NCBI RefSeq assembly: GCF_964213995.1
Contig: NC_135809.1
Span: forward strand, 106,268,001-106,332,000
Direction of reading: 5' to 3'
DNA length: 64,000 nt
From: Mustelus asterias
Taxonomy: Eukaryota
Shown here: positions 1-11,942 of the stretch, piece by piece
Layout: each line of letters starts with the position of its first letter
Position numbering within the stretch: position 1 is the first letter of the stretch
Made by a program: the position numbers and the translations under genes
The notes under the pieces: model-generated
The model's input: the letters and a program-made list of their open reading frames with translations, nothing else
Database searches by the model: none
What the model was told of the DNA's origin: nothing

Positions 1-735
1 TTAAGAGTATTGATAGGCAGAGGGATCTGGGTGTACAGCTACGCAGGTCATTGAAAGTGGCAATGCAGGTGGAGAAGGTAGTCAAGAAGGCATTCAGCAT
101 GCTTGCCTTCATCGGCCGGGGCATTGAGTTTAAAAATTGGCAAGTCACGTTGCAGCTTTATAGAACTTTAGTTAGGCCGCACTTGGAATATAGTGTTCAA
201 TTCTGGTCGCCACACTACCGGAAGGATGTGGAGGCTTTGGAGAGGGTACAGAAAAGATTTACCAGGATGTTGCCTGTCATGGAGGGCATTAGCTATGAGG
301 AGAGGTTGGAGAAACTTGGTTGGTTCTCACTGGAACGACGGAGGTTGAGGGGCGACCTGATAGAAGTCTACAAAATTATGAGGGGCATGGAAAGAGTGGA
401 TAGTCAGAAGCTTTTTTCCAGGGTGGAAGAGTCAATTACTAGGAGGCATAGGTTTAAGGTGTGAGGGGCAAGGTTTAAAGGAGATGTACGAGGCAAGTTT
501 TTTACACAGAGGGTGGTGGGTGCTTGGAACACGCTGTTGGGGGAGGTAGTGGAAGCGGATACAATAGTGAGTTTAAGAGGCATCTGGACAAATACATGAA
601 TAGGATGGGAATAGAGGGATATGGTCCCCGGAAGGGTAGGGGGTTTTAGTTAAGTCGGGCAGCATGGCCGGTGCAGGCTTGGAGGGCCGAAGGGCCTGTT
701 CCTGTGCTGTAATTTTCTTTGTTCTTTGTTCTTTG
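1..735 (+). mobile_element. CR1-clade LINE (HER1-like) 3' fragment
   Basis: ORF 51-464 has CR1 RT C-terminal motifs (LYRTLVRPHLEYSVQFWSPH, LERVQKRFTRM, RRLRGDLIEVYK); 3' UTR ends in (TTCTTTG)n. Confidence 0.92.
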
Positions 736-736
736 A

Positions 737-878
737 AACTGGAGCCCCCAGAGGAAACCCATGCAGACACGGGGAGAACATGCAAACTCCACACAGACGG
801 TCACGCAAGGCCGGAATTGAATCCGGGTGCCTGGTGCTGTGAGGCAGCAGTGCTGACCACTGTGGCACCGTGCCGCCC
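737..878 (-). mobile_element. HE1/V-SINE partial
   Basis: Reverse complement gives the tRNA-derived head and V-domain (TGGAGTTTGCATGTTCTCCCCGTGTCTGC). Confidence 0.85.
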
Positions 879-2099
879 TGTTAGCAGCTAATTAGAATAT
901 TCAGTTTTACGACTGTTTCCAAGTGGCACACAGCTAGCGAACTTCACTTCATCCACAAATTGGAGGTCAGGAGATGCTGCTTCCGACTTCCTTTCACACC
1001 ATCGCTGAAAGATATCAGGTGCTTATAGCACAAGCTGCACCAAGGCTGGGCACAGCGGAGGGGTGAGACTGAGGCACGACAGGGGGAGGGGGGGGGGGGT
1101 GGAGTGGGGAAGGGGGTCAAGAAGCAGAGGGAAGGCGTGAATGATTGCCTTTGGGAGTGAACTTACCATTTGTCTGGGGAAGGGTGAAAGACTGTCCAGA
1201 AGGCAGTCTTAAGAGATTGTCTGGAGCATGAGCACACACGTTCAGGCTGGAGGGCTCTACATGACATGTGTCTTGGTCCTAATCTTGGGCTCTTTGGGTA
1301 GTGACAGTCTCGCTTGTAATGGTGTATAGGGCACAGTCAGTGAATTAAGGCATTTGGTTCTGGGGTTAGAATGTTGGGAAGCAGAGGGCACAGTTACATT
1401 CAGGGGAGGCACCTGGTTGGCAATTGTAAAGTCATGGGGATGAATTGAATAGTCTCATGGCAGGGGAGGCTCTCAGAGAGTCAGGCCTTGAGAAGGGGAG
1501 GGATCACATCAATGAAGAGTGTGTGGGGTGGGGGAAGGGGGTAGTACAGGAATATCTGCGTGAATAATGATAGGGTCAAGCGTAATGGAGGATGCTGGAT
1601 AATAACAGGAAGGATGGGATTTTGGAAGTAGTGACTTTGGAGGAGGATGGGAAGAACATGGTGGGTGACAGCTGCGGTGGGGTGGGGGAGTTGTTGGTGA
1701 CACTCACCAAGGTAAGGAGCACCTTCACATTAATGGAACAATGACGCAGTTGGAAGAAGAAGCTTGAAAAAAACTATATGGGAGGAATCTGAAAGCATGA
1801 GGGAGGAGTTTGGGATTACTATTTTGAGGCAATTGAAGGGCACCTTATTAATTATCTGACCAAACTATAAAGGACAAGTATTGGTTTGGAAGGTCAAATA
1901 CCCATGGGAGGTCTTTTGTCCCTTTACTAACATTGTGCATTCATGTGAGAATCCATTACGTTTTGGGACTACACTTGAGTCCTAAGCTTTCTTTTGACAT
2001 TCCCGTAAGTTATGAAAAAGCTACAGTCGGCTTTGATGAGACTCAGAAGTGTTGGGACTACTAAGAAGCAAAGTTACTGAGATGGACCAGGGAGCTGCT

Positions 2100-2420
2100 G
2101 TAGGAGCAGCTACTGACAAGAGGCATGAAATAGGAAAGCCTGTTGTTATCAGATTTCACGAGGGAATTCGCATTTCAAAAGCTGTTTTTGTTGTCACGAA
2201 AGCGATATTCCAAACCATATTTTTCAGACAGGAAGCACGGGATATAATACAAGATATTTAATATATCATAGATGATAATATAATAGTAGAATAACAAGCA
2301 CCAGGAACTTGAAAACAGTTACAAATGAATGTTTCACAGCATGAAAAGGTTTATTGCCTCTGTACCAGTGGGGAAAAATGACTAAGGCTTTCCACTCTGG
2401 ACTAGTGATGTCTTGGAAAA
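2100..2420 (+). mobile_element. possible highly degenerate Gypsy-type RT relic
   Basis: Translation KAIFQTIF...DIIQDI*YIIDDNIIV loosely resembles the AIFQ...YxDDIIV region; contains stops. Confidence 0.25.
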
Positions 2421-2439
2421 TGCATGTTTTTAAAGTTTT

Positions 2440-2748
2440 TGCTTTAAAGTTTATTAGTGTCACAAGTAGGCTTGCATTAACAATGCAATGAAGTCACTGT
2501 GAAAATCCCCGGGTCGCCACACTCTGGCGCCTGTTCGGGTACACTGAGGGAGAATTTAGCATGGCCAATGCACCTAACCAGCACGTCTTTTGGACTGTGG
2601 GAGGAGACCGGAGCACATGGAGGAAACTCACGCAGACACGGAGAGAACGTGCAGACTCCGCACAGACAGTGACCCAAGCTGGGAATCGAACCCAGATCCC
2701 TGGCACTGTGAGGTAGCAGTGCTAACTATTGTGCCACCGTGCAGACCC
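2440..2748 (-). mobile_element. V-SINE, tail type B
   Basis: HE1 head and body followed by tail GGGATTTTCACAGT..GCCTACTTGTGACACTAATAAA. Confidence 0.85.
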
Positions 2749-3037
2749 GGATGTGCCAGGAAGCCTACTGCCGCTGATTATGATGGCTCACATGTAAATA
2801 GCTTCTTGGATGACTTGGATGGAGAGCTGCTGGCAAACATAGAACTGATATTCAAGCTCGAACTGGTGCTTTTCAGAGTAAAAAAAGGGAGAAAATTGGT
2901 TAGGAAGAAGAAAGAACTTCATGTTGTGCCTTTCCCAATGTCAAGACTTCACATTTACTTCTACTGAATAACTTTTAAAACAGCAACCAGTTTGGCGCAG
3001 CACAATTCTACAGCCAACAAATTGATGAATTAAATTA

Positions 3038-3385
3038 GGGGGAGATGGTAGCACAGTGAATGTCACTGGACAAGTCATCTAGAGGACTGGGGAAATGGGT
3101 TCAAATCCCACTGAAATTATTAATTTAAATTCATTTAATAACATCTGGAATTGAAAGCTAGTCTCAGTAATGGTGCGCATGAAACGTGGTGGAGTGAACA
3201 TCTGGTTTACTAATATTCTATAGAGAAGAGAATCTGCTGTCCTTGCCCAGTCTGACCTACATGCAACTCCAAACCCAAGTGTGGTTGACTCTGGAATGGC
3301 CTATCAAGCCACTTAGTTCAGGTGCAATTAGGGATGGGCAGAAAATACTGGTCTTGTCAGTGATATCGACATTCCATAAAATAAT
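3038..3385 (+). mobile_element. Deu-domain SINE (SacSINE1-like), old
   Basis: tRNA-like head, CTGGTTTACTAAT..GAATCTGC core, GCAATTAGGGATGGGCA tail. Confidence 0.7.
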
Positions 3386-4579
3386 TTTAAAAATTATTTG
3401 GGGAAGAATGTTGTCCTGGACACTATGCGGAATTCTGGTTCATCTAATAATTTTGCGATAGGATCTTTAATATCCTTAGAACCATCAGAGGAGAAAAAAA
3501 CATATGGCAAAATAAATCAAAGAATGGGCCAAAAATGTGAAAACATATATGACATTGCTAAAATATAAAGAATGCAGTCCCACAAAAAAAAAGCTAAAGG
3601 AATAAAGTTAATATAAAAGAAATGCACCAAACATCAAATGTGTAATGTCCTAACTATGTTTGGGGTTGTGGGTTTTAACAGAAAGAGAAGTACGTGGTTT
3701 GCACACAGACATTCAAACTAACACACAACAGGTTTTATTGAAAGGGATGTTCGCTGCACTGCTCAGATGCAAACTGAAAGTAAAACAGCAGCCTGCAACA
3801 CACTAATGACATCACCATCAAATCATGTGATCAGCTCTTAAAGCAATATGCAACCTTTTTAAATATATAACAAAATGCCTCACTCTTCAGAACAAATAAA
3901 TTTAACATAAAGACATGTAGATTAAGTGCAGGGAAGCACAATTCCCCTTACTTTGATTAAGAGGTTCTGGACATGCACTGGCGCGGCTCTGATTCTGTTG
4001 GTCTGTCAGTGTGAATTTTCTTTCTGATCCATAGCTCTCTGTCCATTCTAGGCAGCACTGAGGAGACTGGCAGCTTCCTGTCCACAAAGCTTTGCGGACT
4101 CAGACTACCAGCAGTTAATTAAACCTCGGCTCGTGGATTCTTTCCTACTCTGCTCAAACATGGAGGAAAGTTTTGTCTGAGAATTACCCGAAGAAGTCTG
4201 AAGAGCACAAGAGATCCTGGACTTAATTACCACTGCTGAAGGAAAGTGCTATGTTTTAATACTCTCAATTCATAAAACATGAAGGAAAAGCTGTTGCACA
4301 TTAATGGAAGATGCTTCGATGCTTCATATCAGTAAACATCTTCAAAGAATGGGTCTGCAGTCAAATCTCATCCAAAGGCTCAAAACAATACCTGCACTGT
4401 CAATTTCTACAATAAGGCATCGACGTTTGAAACTGTAAAAAAAGAAAATTGTCTCCATAATTTGCTTCCCAGTGGACTAAATGTTAATACATGATGACCA
4501 GAGGCTGACTTTGCATTTATATGCTTATATAATTGAACATCCCCTTACTGCAATAGGTGCTGTAAAATCATTGCATGCT

Positions 4580-4918
4580 TTAGAATCATTAGAATCCCTA
4601 CCATGCAGAAGGCCATTCGGCCCATTGAATCTGCACCAACCCTCCAACAGAGAATCCCACCCAAGCCCTATCCCTATAACCCCACTAATCCCCCTAACAT
4701 ACACATTTTGGGACACTAAGGGGCAATTTAGCATGACCAAACCACGTAACCTGCACATCTTTGGAGCATGGGAGGAAACCAGAGCTCCCGGAGGAAACCC
4801 ACGCAGACACGGTGAGAACATGCAAACTCCACACAGACAGTCACCCGAGGCCAGAATTGAACCCAGGTCCCTGGCGCTGTGAGGCAGCAATGCTAACCAC
4901 TGTGCCACCATGCCACCC
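4580..4918 (-). mobile_element. HE1 SINE (CR1-type tail)
   Basis: Full head, V-domain and GGGCCGAATGGCCT..GGGATTCTA tail. Confidence 0.9.
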
Positions 4919-5511
4919 CATTAAGAGAAAGCAGGTTTCCACTGTCAATACCCTTTAGCACATAAGGAAAATTATTGGTTGTGGGTAAACAATTGGGAAA
5001 AAGATACTGAGGTAATTTTCAACTTCCATTGAAAATTGGGCAGGTTACTGAACAGGCAGATGGATAATTTACTCCATCAGGGTTACTGCCCAGATTGTGA
5101 GGCTAATAATTCCCATTGATCCTTCAAAGATCTCTTTTAACAAGTTACCTCATGCAGAAATTATTAATCTACAATTCCCTCTATAATGGGAGCAATGGAA
5201 ATATGTATTATACGAAAGAGCTGTTGTTACAATTCTCATGGAGAAAACATAAACCAAAATTACCAAATTTATCAAAAGGCTTCCAAAGGAGAAATTACCA
5301 ACAAGATTTCATTTTCTGTCATTTTTATTACCTCACTCAGAATCAATGTAAATTAAATATTAATTAACAGATGAATGATACTTCAAAAGATACATTTCAC
5401 ATTAAGTAGTTGATACAATAAAGAAACACATTACACAACCACAAACATTCCCCTTTAGCGTGTATGGTGCTTCGTAACTACACGATTCCATAGTATGCTC
5501 TTCTTTCTTCA

Positions 5512-5577
5512 CAGTTAGAAGTTTAACAACACCAGGTTAAAGTCCAACAGGTTTATTTGGTAGCAAAAGCCACACAC
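5512..5577 (-). mobile_element. Penelope 3'-terminal mini-fragment
   Basis: Matches the terminus of the 26107 element; flanked by direct repeat CTTCTTTCTTCA. Confidence 0.85.
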
Positions 5578-6659
5578 TTCTTTCTTCATGCAGAGTAGGT
5601 CAGGAGACCATTCTGACAACAACTATGAGTTTCACGGGTATGATTATCATCACCCAGGCACACTTCTATGAACCCTCTCTTCTCAAGAGGTCACAACAAT
5701 CCTGATGGTATAGCTTTCCAGAGAACGACCAACCAAGAACACCCTGGTTCACGGGTTGGCCACTTTTGGGAAAACACCCAGCTCAGTAGGATCTCTGAGC
5801 TTTCCACACAGCTTTCCAAGTTTTAGACTCTTTTAGCCAGTTCGCATATTGACTCCAAAAGCTCTTGTCTTGTTTTCTGTCAAATAGATAAAATGACCTC
5901 TTCCTGAGAGTGATTTGCTTCTCTTCACAAGAGCTTGATACATCTCCCTCTTTTGTCTCTGACTGCTTTCTTTTTGTGTCTGCATCTGGGCCTCTGTGAA
6001 GAAAAACAGCTCTTTGTGTCTATCAGATGCATGGCTTCTTTCTAAACTTCCTGCCTGTTTGTACTGCTTCCAGGTCAAAGGTCACAGTTTACATGGGCAA
6101 GTATTTCTTATTCTCCAAGAAAGTTACATGTGATCCCTTTACAATTGATGCAAATTCTTAAATGTCTTTTGCAAACATTCTTAGAACAATTACAGATTCC
6201 ACAGACCTTTGAAAGCAATGACAAATTTTTCCTTACTCTACTTCTTCCAGATCAAAGATTGTCACATTGTAATAGCAAGTTTTCCGTAATGAAAATCAAT
6301 TGTATTTGGAACTAAAAGAATTTTTAAAATATACTCATTTCAAATAAAGCACAAGCTCACATAGTCTGCTTTTCCAGTATACCTGGCCAAAAGTAACCTG
6401 TTGTGTTTGAACTGGTTCTTTCAGTCAGGGGTTAGGAATCAGCTAGGAATCAGGTACCTCTTACCTATAAGACAAATGTTTCCAACCTGTTAATTCTTTG
6501 AAGAATTTTTGTCCATCAGCGCTAAAAGTTAAACTAACTTGACAGTTTGCTGAAACTGTAGCCCTGCAAAGAACGGAGTTGGGGGTGATAGGTGGCTCAA
6601 CTGGAGGAGGGGTGCACTTGTGGATGTGGAAATGGTGGTTACTAGGTTGCAATATTAAA

Positions 6660-7010
6660 CCTAGATAGAAGCAGGGAGGTGTTTCCGCTGGCGAGTAAAA
6701 CCAGAACTAGGGGTCATAGTCTCAAAATATGGCGGAACACATTTAGGACTGAGTTGAGGAGGAACTTCTTCATCCAAAGGGTTGTGAATCTGTGGAATTC
6801 CCTGCTCAGTGAAGCAGTTGAGGCTACCTCGTTCAATGTTTTTAAGGCAAAGATAGATAGATTTTTGAACAGTAAAGGAATTAAGGATTATGGTGAAAGG
6901 ATGGGTAAATGGAGCTGAGTCCACGAAAAGATCAGCCATGATCTTATTGAAAGGCGGAGCAGGCTGGAGGGGCCAAATGGCCTCCTCCTGCTCCTAGTTC
7001 TTATGTTCTA
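6660..7010 (+). mobile_element. CR1 LINE 3' end
   Basis: TRTRGHSLKI..RRNFFIQRVVNLWNSL; tail GGCCTCCTCCTGCTCCTAGTTCTTATGTTCT. Confidence 0.9.
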
Positions 7011-7518
7011 ATTAGAAGGAGTTGTTTTTCTCACTGCCAGAGTTCTTGTCTATCAGTAAGTCCCTGAAATTGATTTGCTTGGCAGAAGCAGATGTGGTTA
7101 AAGAGTTGGTGAACAAGTGTATGCATAAAATGGCAAGTTTTATTTTGTGCCTTAACTTTTCTTGGTAATAAAGTGGCTGAGAGTGAGGATGACAGTATTA
7201 GAAACTGCAGGAACTCCTCAGCTGTCAGCTTCCATTCCGCTATTTTTGGAAACTTTTACTTATAAAACCAATTTTCACAACGTATGAGGAAAAATTCAAT
7301 CCATTGTCTCCATATTAGCTCTCTGTATGAGGCTCTCCATTTAGTCCTATTTTCCTGTTCCATTGTTGCAGCCTTTTCAAATTTTATTAACTTCCCTTTT
7401 AAGACTATCATAATCGTACTTCCATCAATGCATCTGGTAAAGCATTCTGTAAAAAACCTTTGCATTATAGTTAAAGAAAAATACTGAACTCGAATTTGTT
7501 CTTTTGGAGTTCTGGTAG

Positions 7519-7786
7519 TGTAACTGTTAAGCTTGTCCAGCAGTGACTTTGCGGAGAGACCAGGACAAGTCCAACACTATACTGGGAGATAGGTGTCCAA
7601 CAACAACTATATCAAAATGACTATAGCAAGCTCAACGCTAAGTATATTAGAGAGAGTGCAGACTGCCCAACAGTAACAATATCAGTCAGACTAGGGTAAT
7701 CCCAAAATTACCAAATGAGATAGACTGAGGTGAACCAAATAGCAACAATATTTATTTATAGTAGGGTAAACACAACAGTAGTTACA
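7519..7786. mobile_element. probable solo LTR
   Basis: TGTAACT...AGTTACA termini; near-TSD GTAG/GTGG. Confidence 0.5.
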
Positions 7787-7934
7787 GTGGGAGGGATTTT
7801 GTGAAGGCAAAAGGGGTCTTGGCCACTGGCTGGAGAGCTCTTGAGAGACCTAGGGACTTGTTGTTGCCACCTTTTGGGAAAAGCCCGCTGAAATATGAAC
7901 CAATCAGGCAATTAACAAGCAGACACGATCAAGT

Positions 7935-8219
7935 TTATAATAATTTATTAGTATCACAAGTCGGCTCACATTAACACTGCAATGAAGCTACTGTGAAAAT
8001 CCCCTAGTCGCCACATTCCGGCGCCTGTTCGCGTACACCGAGGGAGAATTTAGCATGGCCAGCACGTCTTTCGCACTGTAGCAGGAAACTGGAGCACCCG
8101 GAGGAAACCCATGCAGACACAGGGAGAATGTGCAGACTCTGCAGATAGTGACCCAAGCTGGGAATCAAACCCAGGTCCCTGGCACTATGAGGCAGCAGTG
8201 CTAACCACTGTGCCACCAT
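7935..8219 (-). mobile_element. V-SINE, tail type B
   Basis: Same head and tail as 2440-2748. Confidence 0.85.
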
Positions 8220-8354
8220 GGGAGACAGGCTTTCCCACCCGCTGAGTGCTGCCAACCAATCAGAAGCCAGCAGCACCATTGGAGTGGCAGTGGCTGCTGT
8301 TGGAACAAAATCCCGACATTCTCCGGATCAAGGAGTTATGCATCTCCTACACCT

Positions 8355-8470
8355 CACCTACACCTCAGGCACTGCACAGTTCAAGAAGGCAGCTCACCAC
8401 CGCCTTCTGAAGGACAACTAGGGATGTGCAATAAATGCTGGCCTAGCCACATCCCGTAAATGAATAAAAA
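8355..8470 (+). mobile_element. L2/Deu-type 3' tail fragment
   Basis: GTTCAAGAAGGCAGCTCACCAC..GGGATGTGCAATAAATGCTGGCCTAGCC. Confidence 0.6.
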
Positions 8471-8572
8471 AGCAAGTGACCCAGGTCACAGTTAAGTGAT
8501 GGCAGGAAGGGTTTTGCAGGGTGGGGATTGCAGGGAATAGGGGTAAGGGGGGTCGGAAGCAAGGGCAGTGTG

Positions 8573-8850
8573 GGATGGATGTGAGGGTTGCTGGCTGGGC
8601 CAGCATTTATTGATCATCCCTAACTACCCTCCATTTCTGTAGGTATTTGAGAATCAACCACATTGCTGTGGATCTGTAGTAACCTATAGGCCAGACAATG
8701 TAAGGAAGGCAGATTTCCTTCCCTAAAGGACATTAGTGAACCAGATGGATTTTAACATCTATCGACAATGGTTTCATGGTCATCATTAGACCTTTAATTC
8801 CAGATTGATTTTATTATTGAATTAAAATTTCATCATCTGCAATGCATGGT
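8573..8850 (-). mobile_element. Deu-domain SINE
   Basis: GGCAGATTTCCTTCCCTAAAGGACATTAGTGAACCAGATGG core in reverse orientation. Confidence 0.75.
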
Positions 8851-10424
8851 GAGCTCGCAACCTGCCTTTGGGTTAATACTCAACAATATTAAGCTCAACG
8901 GTAATTAAATCAAAAAGGCTAGGTTAGCCTGTCTAAAGATACAGCAGGTGATCTAGGATAAGAATGTGTGAAAAGCAAATATTTAAGTTTATTTTGAACC
9001 AACATTCTGCTTTTGTCCAAGTTTCTACCTGAAAGAAACATTTTTTTCTGTATTTAATATTTCCATATTGTATTTGTAATAGCTTTGATCATCTTGCTAG
9101 ATGTTTTTAATCCTTGTAATCAAATTATTCTATGTATAACCTTTCACCGGTGCATGTCCTGGATGGAGCTTTAAGCCTATAGAAAAAGAGCAATTTTCTG
9201 TAAAGTGTCTTCATAAAATGTGGATTTCTGTGGTTCGACTGAGAATGCACATGAATGAACAAAAGTTATGTAATGCAACATTTTTTCTTAAAACTGTGCA
9301 ACGTTCAAATAGCAATATTTTATTGGAGTATGAGCACACTTTTAAATGTACTTTAAACATGCACTTAGTTGATATTTAAGAAGCCAAGGTTGTTTAATGA
9401 GTTAATGTCCATTGAATTGTTGTTATTACTGTGATATATGTAAAAGTAGACGCTTGCACATTTGGGGTGGGGTGGTGGTACAACCTGTTGAAGCTCTGTA
9501 CTATGCTCCAAGCTCATTTAGTTCTCAGAATGCCTCGGGTTGAGCTGTGATGGCACAAGGAAAAATAAATCAGAGGCAGGCTCCTCTGATAGAAAGTGAG
9601 GGGGAAAGTGAGACAAAAAATCCCTGGATCTCATGCATGCACCTGACCTGCAGCGGAGAGTTATCCATGAAAAAAATGGGAGTGGACCACCCACATGTCC
9701 TTCACTCATGGATGGTCACAGCCCAAGGGAAGGAAATTGCCTCGTCCCTTTAAAAAGAAATTACTTGAAGATTCGATCATATGTGGCACTGGTGAAAATC
9801 GAAGAGGTGATTTATTAATGCACAGCTTCTAAAACCAGAACATGCGTTTCATTCAAACTGGCTTTTTTGATTTCCTTCACATCTCAGGTGCATCTTCTAA
9901 AATAACAGCTTTGAAAACTCAGTTTACACTGTAATGATTCCCTTTAACCATAGGTCCAAAGTGTTTGATTAAAAGGGTTTGAAGTTTTCTTAGAAGTTCG
10001 GCCTACATTCTTCCAAAGCACCTGCTGGAATGTGAACAAAATGATTGTTCCTCCTTGTACTTCTAATATTTGTCTAAACAGTTATTTTTTCAGAACTTGA
10101 AATGATTTCTAGACGCGTATTTGACACCTGGCCCTGTTTCTGCTCTTTACATGTTAACAAAAGCCATGTTCTAAAGGGGTATGATTAAAAACAAATGAAA
10201 ATTCAGCAAGCTTTACGAGTAATGGTGTTTTCACCTGAAAGGCTCTATTCTAGCCTTATTTCCAGTATGGGAAGTGTAATGACAATGTGTGCCTTTCACT
10301 GAGAAATAATAATAAAGTTACGTAAAGACTGTTTATTAATGTTTCATAATTTATTCTGCCTTCTACTTGCATTGTAAATCTGATTTTAATCTGTTCCCTG
10401 CCATGCCCAGTATTTCACCTCATA

Positions 10425-10930
10425 TTTGATTTGATTTGATTTATTATTGTCAATGTATTAGCATACAGTGAAAAGTATGGTTTCTTGTGCGCTATACAGA
10501 CAAAGCATACCGTACATAGAGAAGGAAAGGAGAGGGTGCAGAATGCAGTGTTACAGTCATAGCTAGAGTGTAGGGAAAGATCAACTTAATGCGGGGTAGG
10601 TCCATTCAAAAATCTGATGGCAGCAGGGAAGAAGCTGTTCTTGAGTCGGTTGGTACGTGATCTCAGACTTTTGTACCTTTTTCCCAACGGAAGAAGGTGG
10701 AAGAGAGTATGTCCAGGCTGTGTGGGGTCCTTGATTATGCTGGCTGCTTTCCTGAAGCAGCAGGAAGTGTAGACAGAGTTAATGGATGGGAGGCTGGTTT
10801 GAGTGATGGACTGGGCTACGTTCACGACCCTTTGTAGTTTCCTGTGGTCTTGGACAGAGCAGGAGCCATGCCAAGCTGTGATACAACCAGAAAGAATGCT
10901 TTATTTGGTTCATCTATAGAAGTTGGTGTT
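10425..10930 (-). mobile_element. Rex1/Babar-like LINE 3' end
   Basis: IIKDPTQPGHTLFHLLPLGKRYKSLRSRTNRLKNSFFPAAIR; (TCAAA)n tail. Confidence 0.85.
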
Positions 10931-11254
10931 TTTTTTCGAATCTGATATGAAAAGAATGAATTGGAAACAAGAGGGGAACATCTAATGACAGAAATTGTTT
11001 CTTTGAAATAAAAGACGACAGCAGCAGGTTTTGTGTATTAACATGAGAAAATCGAAAAGCTAGTTTCATTGTGAAATTGTTTGTGAACAGCAGGATTTAA
11101 CATGGCAGAAATTGGCAGTCCTAACAGTGGAACCATTTAAAACCAATAGTTGATCAGTTGAAAAAATAGGTGCGACCGAGGTCCTAAAGATACTGGCTGA
11201 GTGTCTCAGCCTCACCCCAGATTAGGAACAGGCAGAAGATATAGAAGCAGAAGT

Positions 11255-11413
11255 AGGTGGATTGGCCATGATAAGTTGTCCATTAGTGTCAGGGGGATTA
11301 GCAGGATAAATACATCGGGTTACAAGGATAGGGCCTGGTTGGGATCGTTATCGGTGCAGGCTCGATGGGCTGAATGGCCTCCTTCTGCACTGTAGGCATT
11401 CTATGATTCTATA
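11255..11413 (+). mobile_element. HE1 SINE 3' half
   Basis: GATTGGCCATG..GAATGGCCTCCTTCTGCACTGTAGG..CTATGATTCTA. Confidence 0.8.
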
Positions 11414-11449
11414 AAATTGAGCTGACACCTTAACCAAAATTCACCCTGA

Positions 11450-11835
11450 AGAGCGGGAGGCAGTTAGACTATCAGGCAAGGGTGAGAGAGAGAGAATGGG
11501 AATCGAGAAGGCACAGGGGGGAAGAGTATTCCAGGAATGAGAGCAGGAGCATATCTTACAGCTGGCAAAGCTTGAGAAGGATTTGCAAGCACAAAAGGAT
11601 AAAGAACTAAGACAGATTGAAACAGTTAGGGAGAAATTATCTCTACCCTTTGGGGTGCTGCTGATTGTTCAACTACCCCTCACACCAAGAAAGCTCTGAG
11701 AGCAGCTTTGATTTCTTCAATGATTCCTGATTAGTCCCTAAGTTTGAAGACGATGATGTGGAAACCTTCATTACAGCCTTCAGGAGCTGGCAGATGAGCT
11801 AAAGTCGTCATCAGAGACTTGGATTCTCCTAATGT
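11450..11835 (+). mobile_element. Gypsy gag relic
   Basis: Coiled-coil-like stretch, then LVPKFEDDDVETFITAF..LK..WILL, typical of a vertebrate Gypsy gag N-terminus. Confidence 0.55.
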
Positions 11836-11942
11836 CAGGTGTCACGATAATGTGAATTGTGCATGAGTAATATCAATCTGTTATTTCATAGGCTGATCAA
11901 ACATATATGGAACTGGACTTTTTGAAAGCAAGAAAACACACT

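Noticed and set aside
2750-2880. host exon (DYDGSHVNSFLDDLDGELL)
   Set aside because: No recognisable protein or acceptor; may continue the degenerate retroelement
3657-4420. LTR plus gag relic
   Set aside because: Only vague resemblance; no clear PBS or motif
5220-6365. long solo LTR
   Set aside because: LTR-like composition, but termini and TSD could not be established
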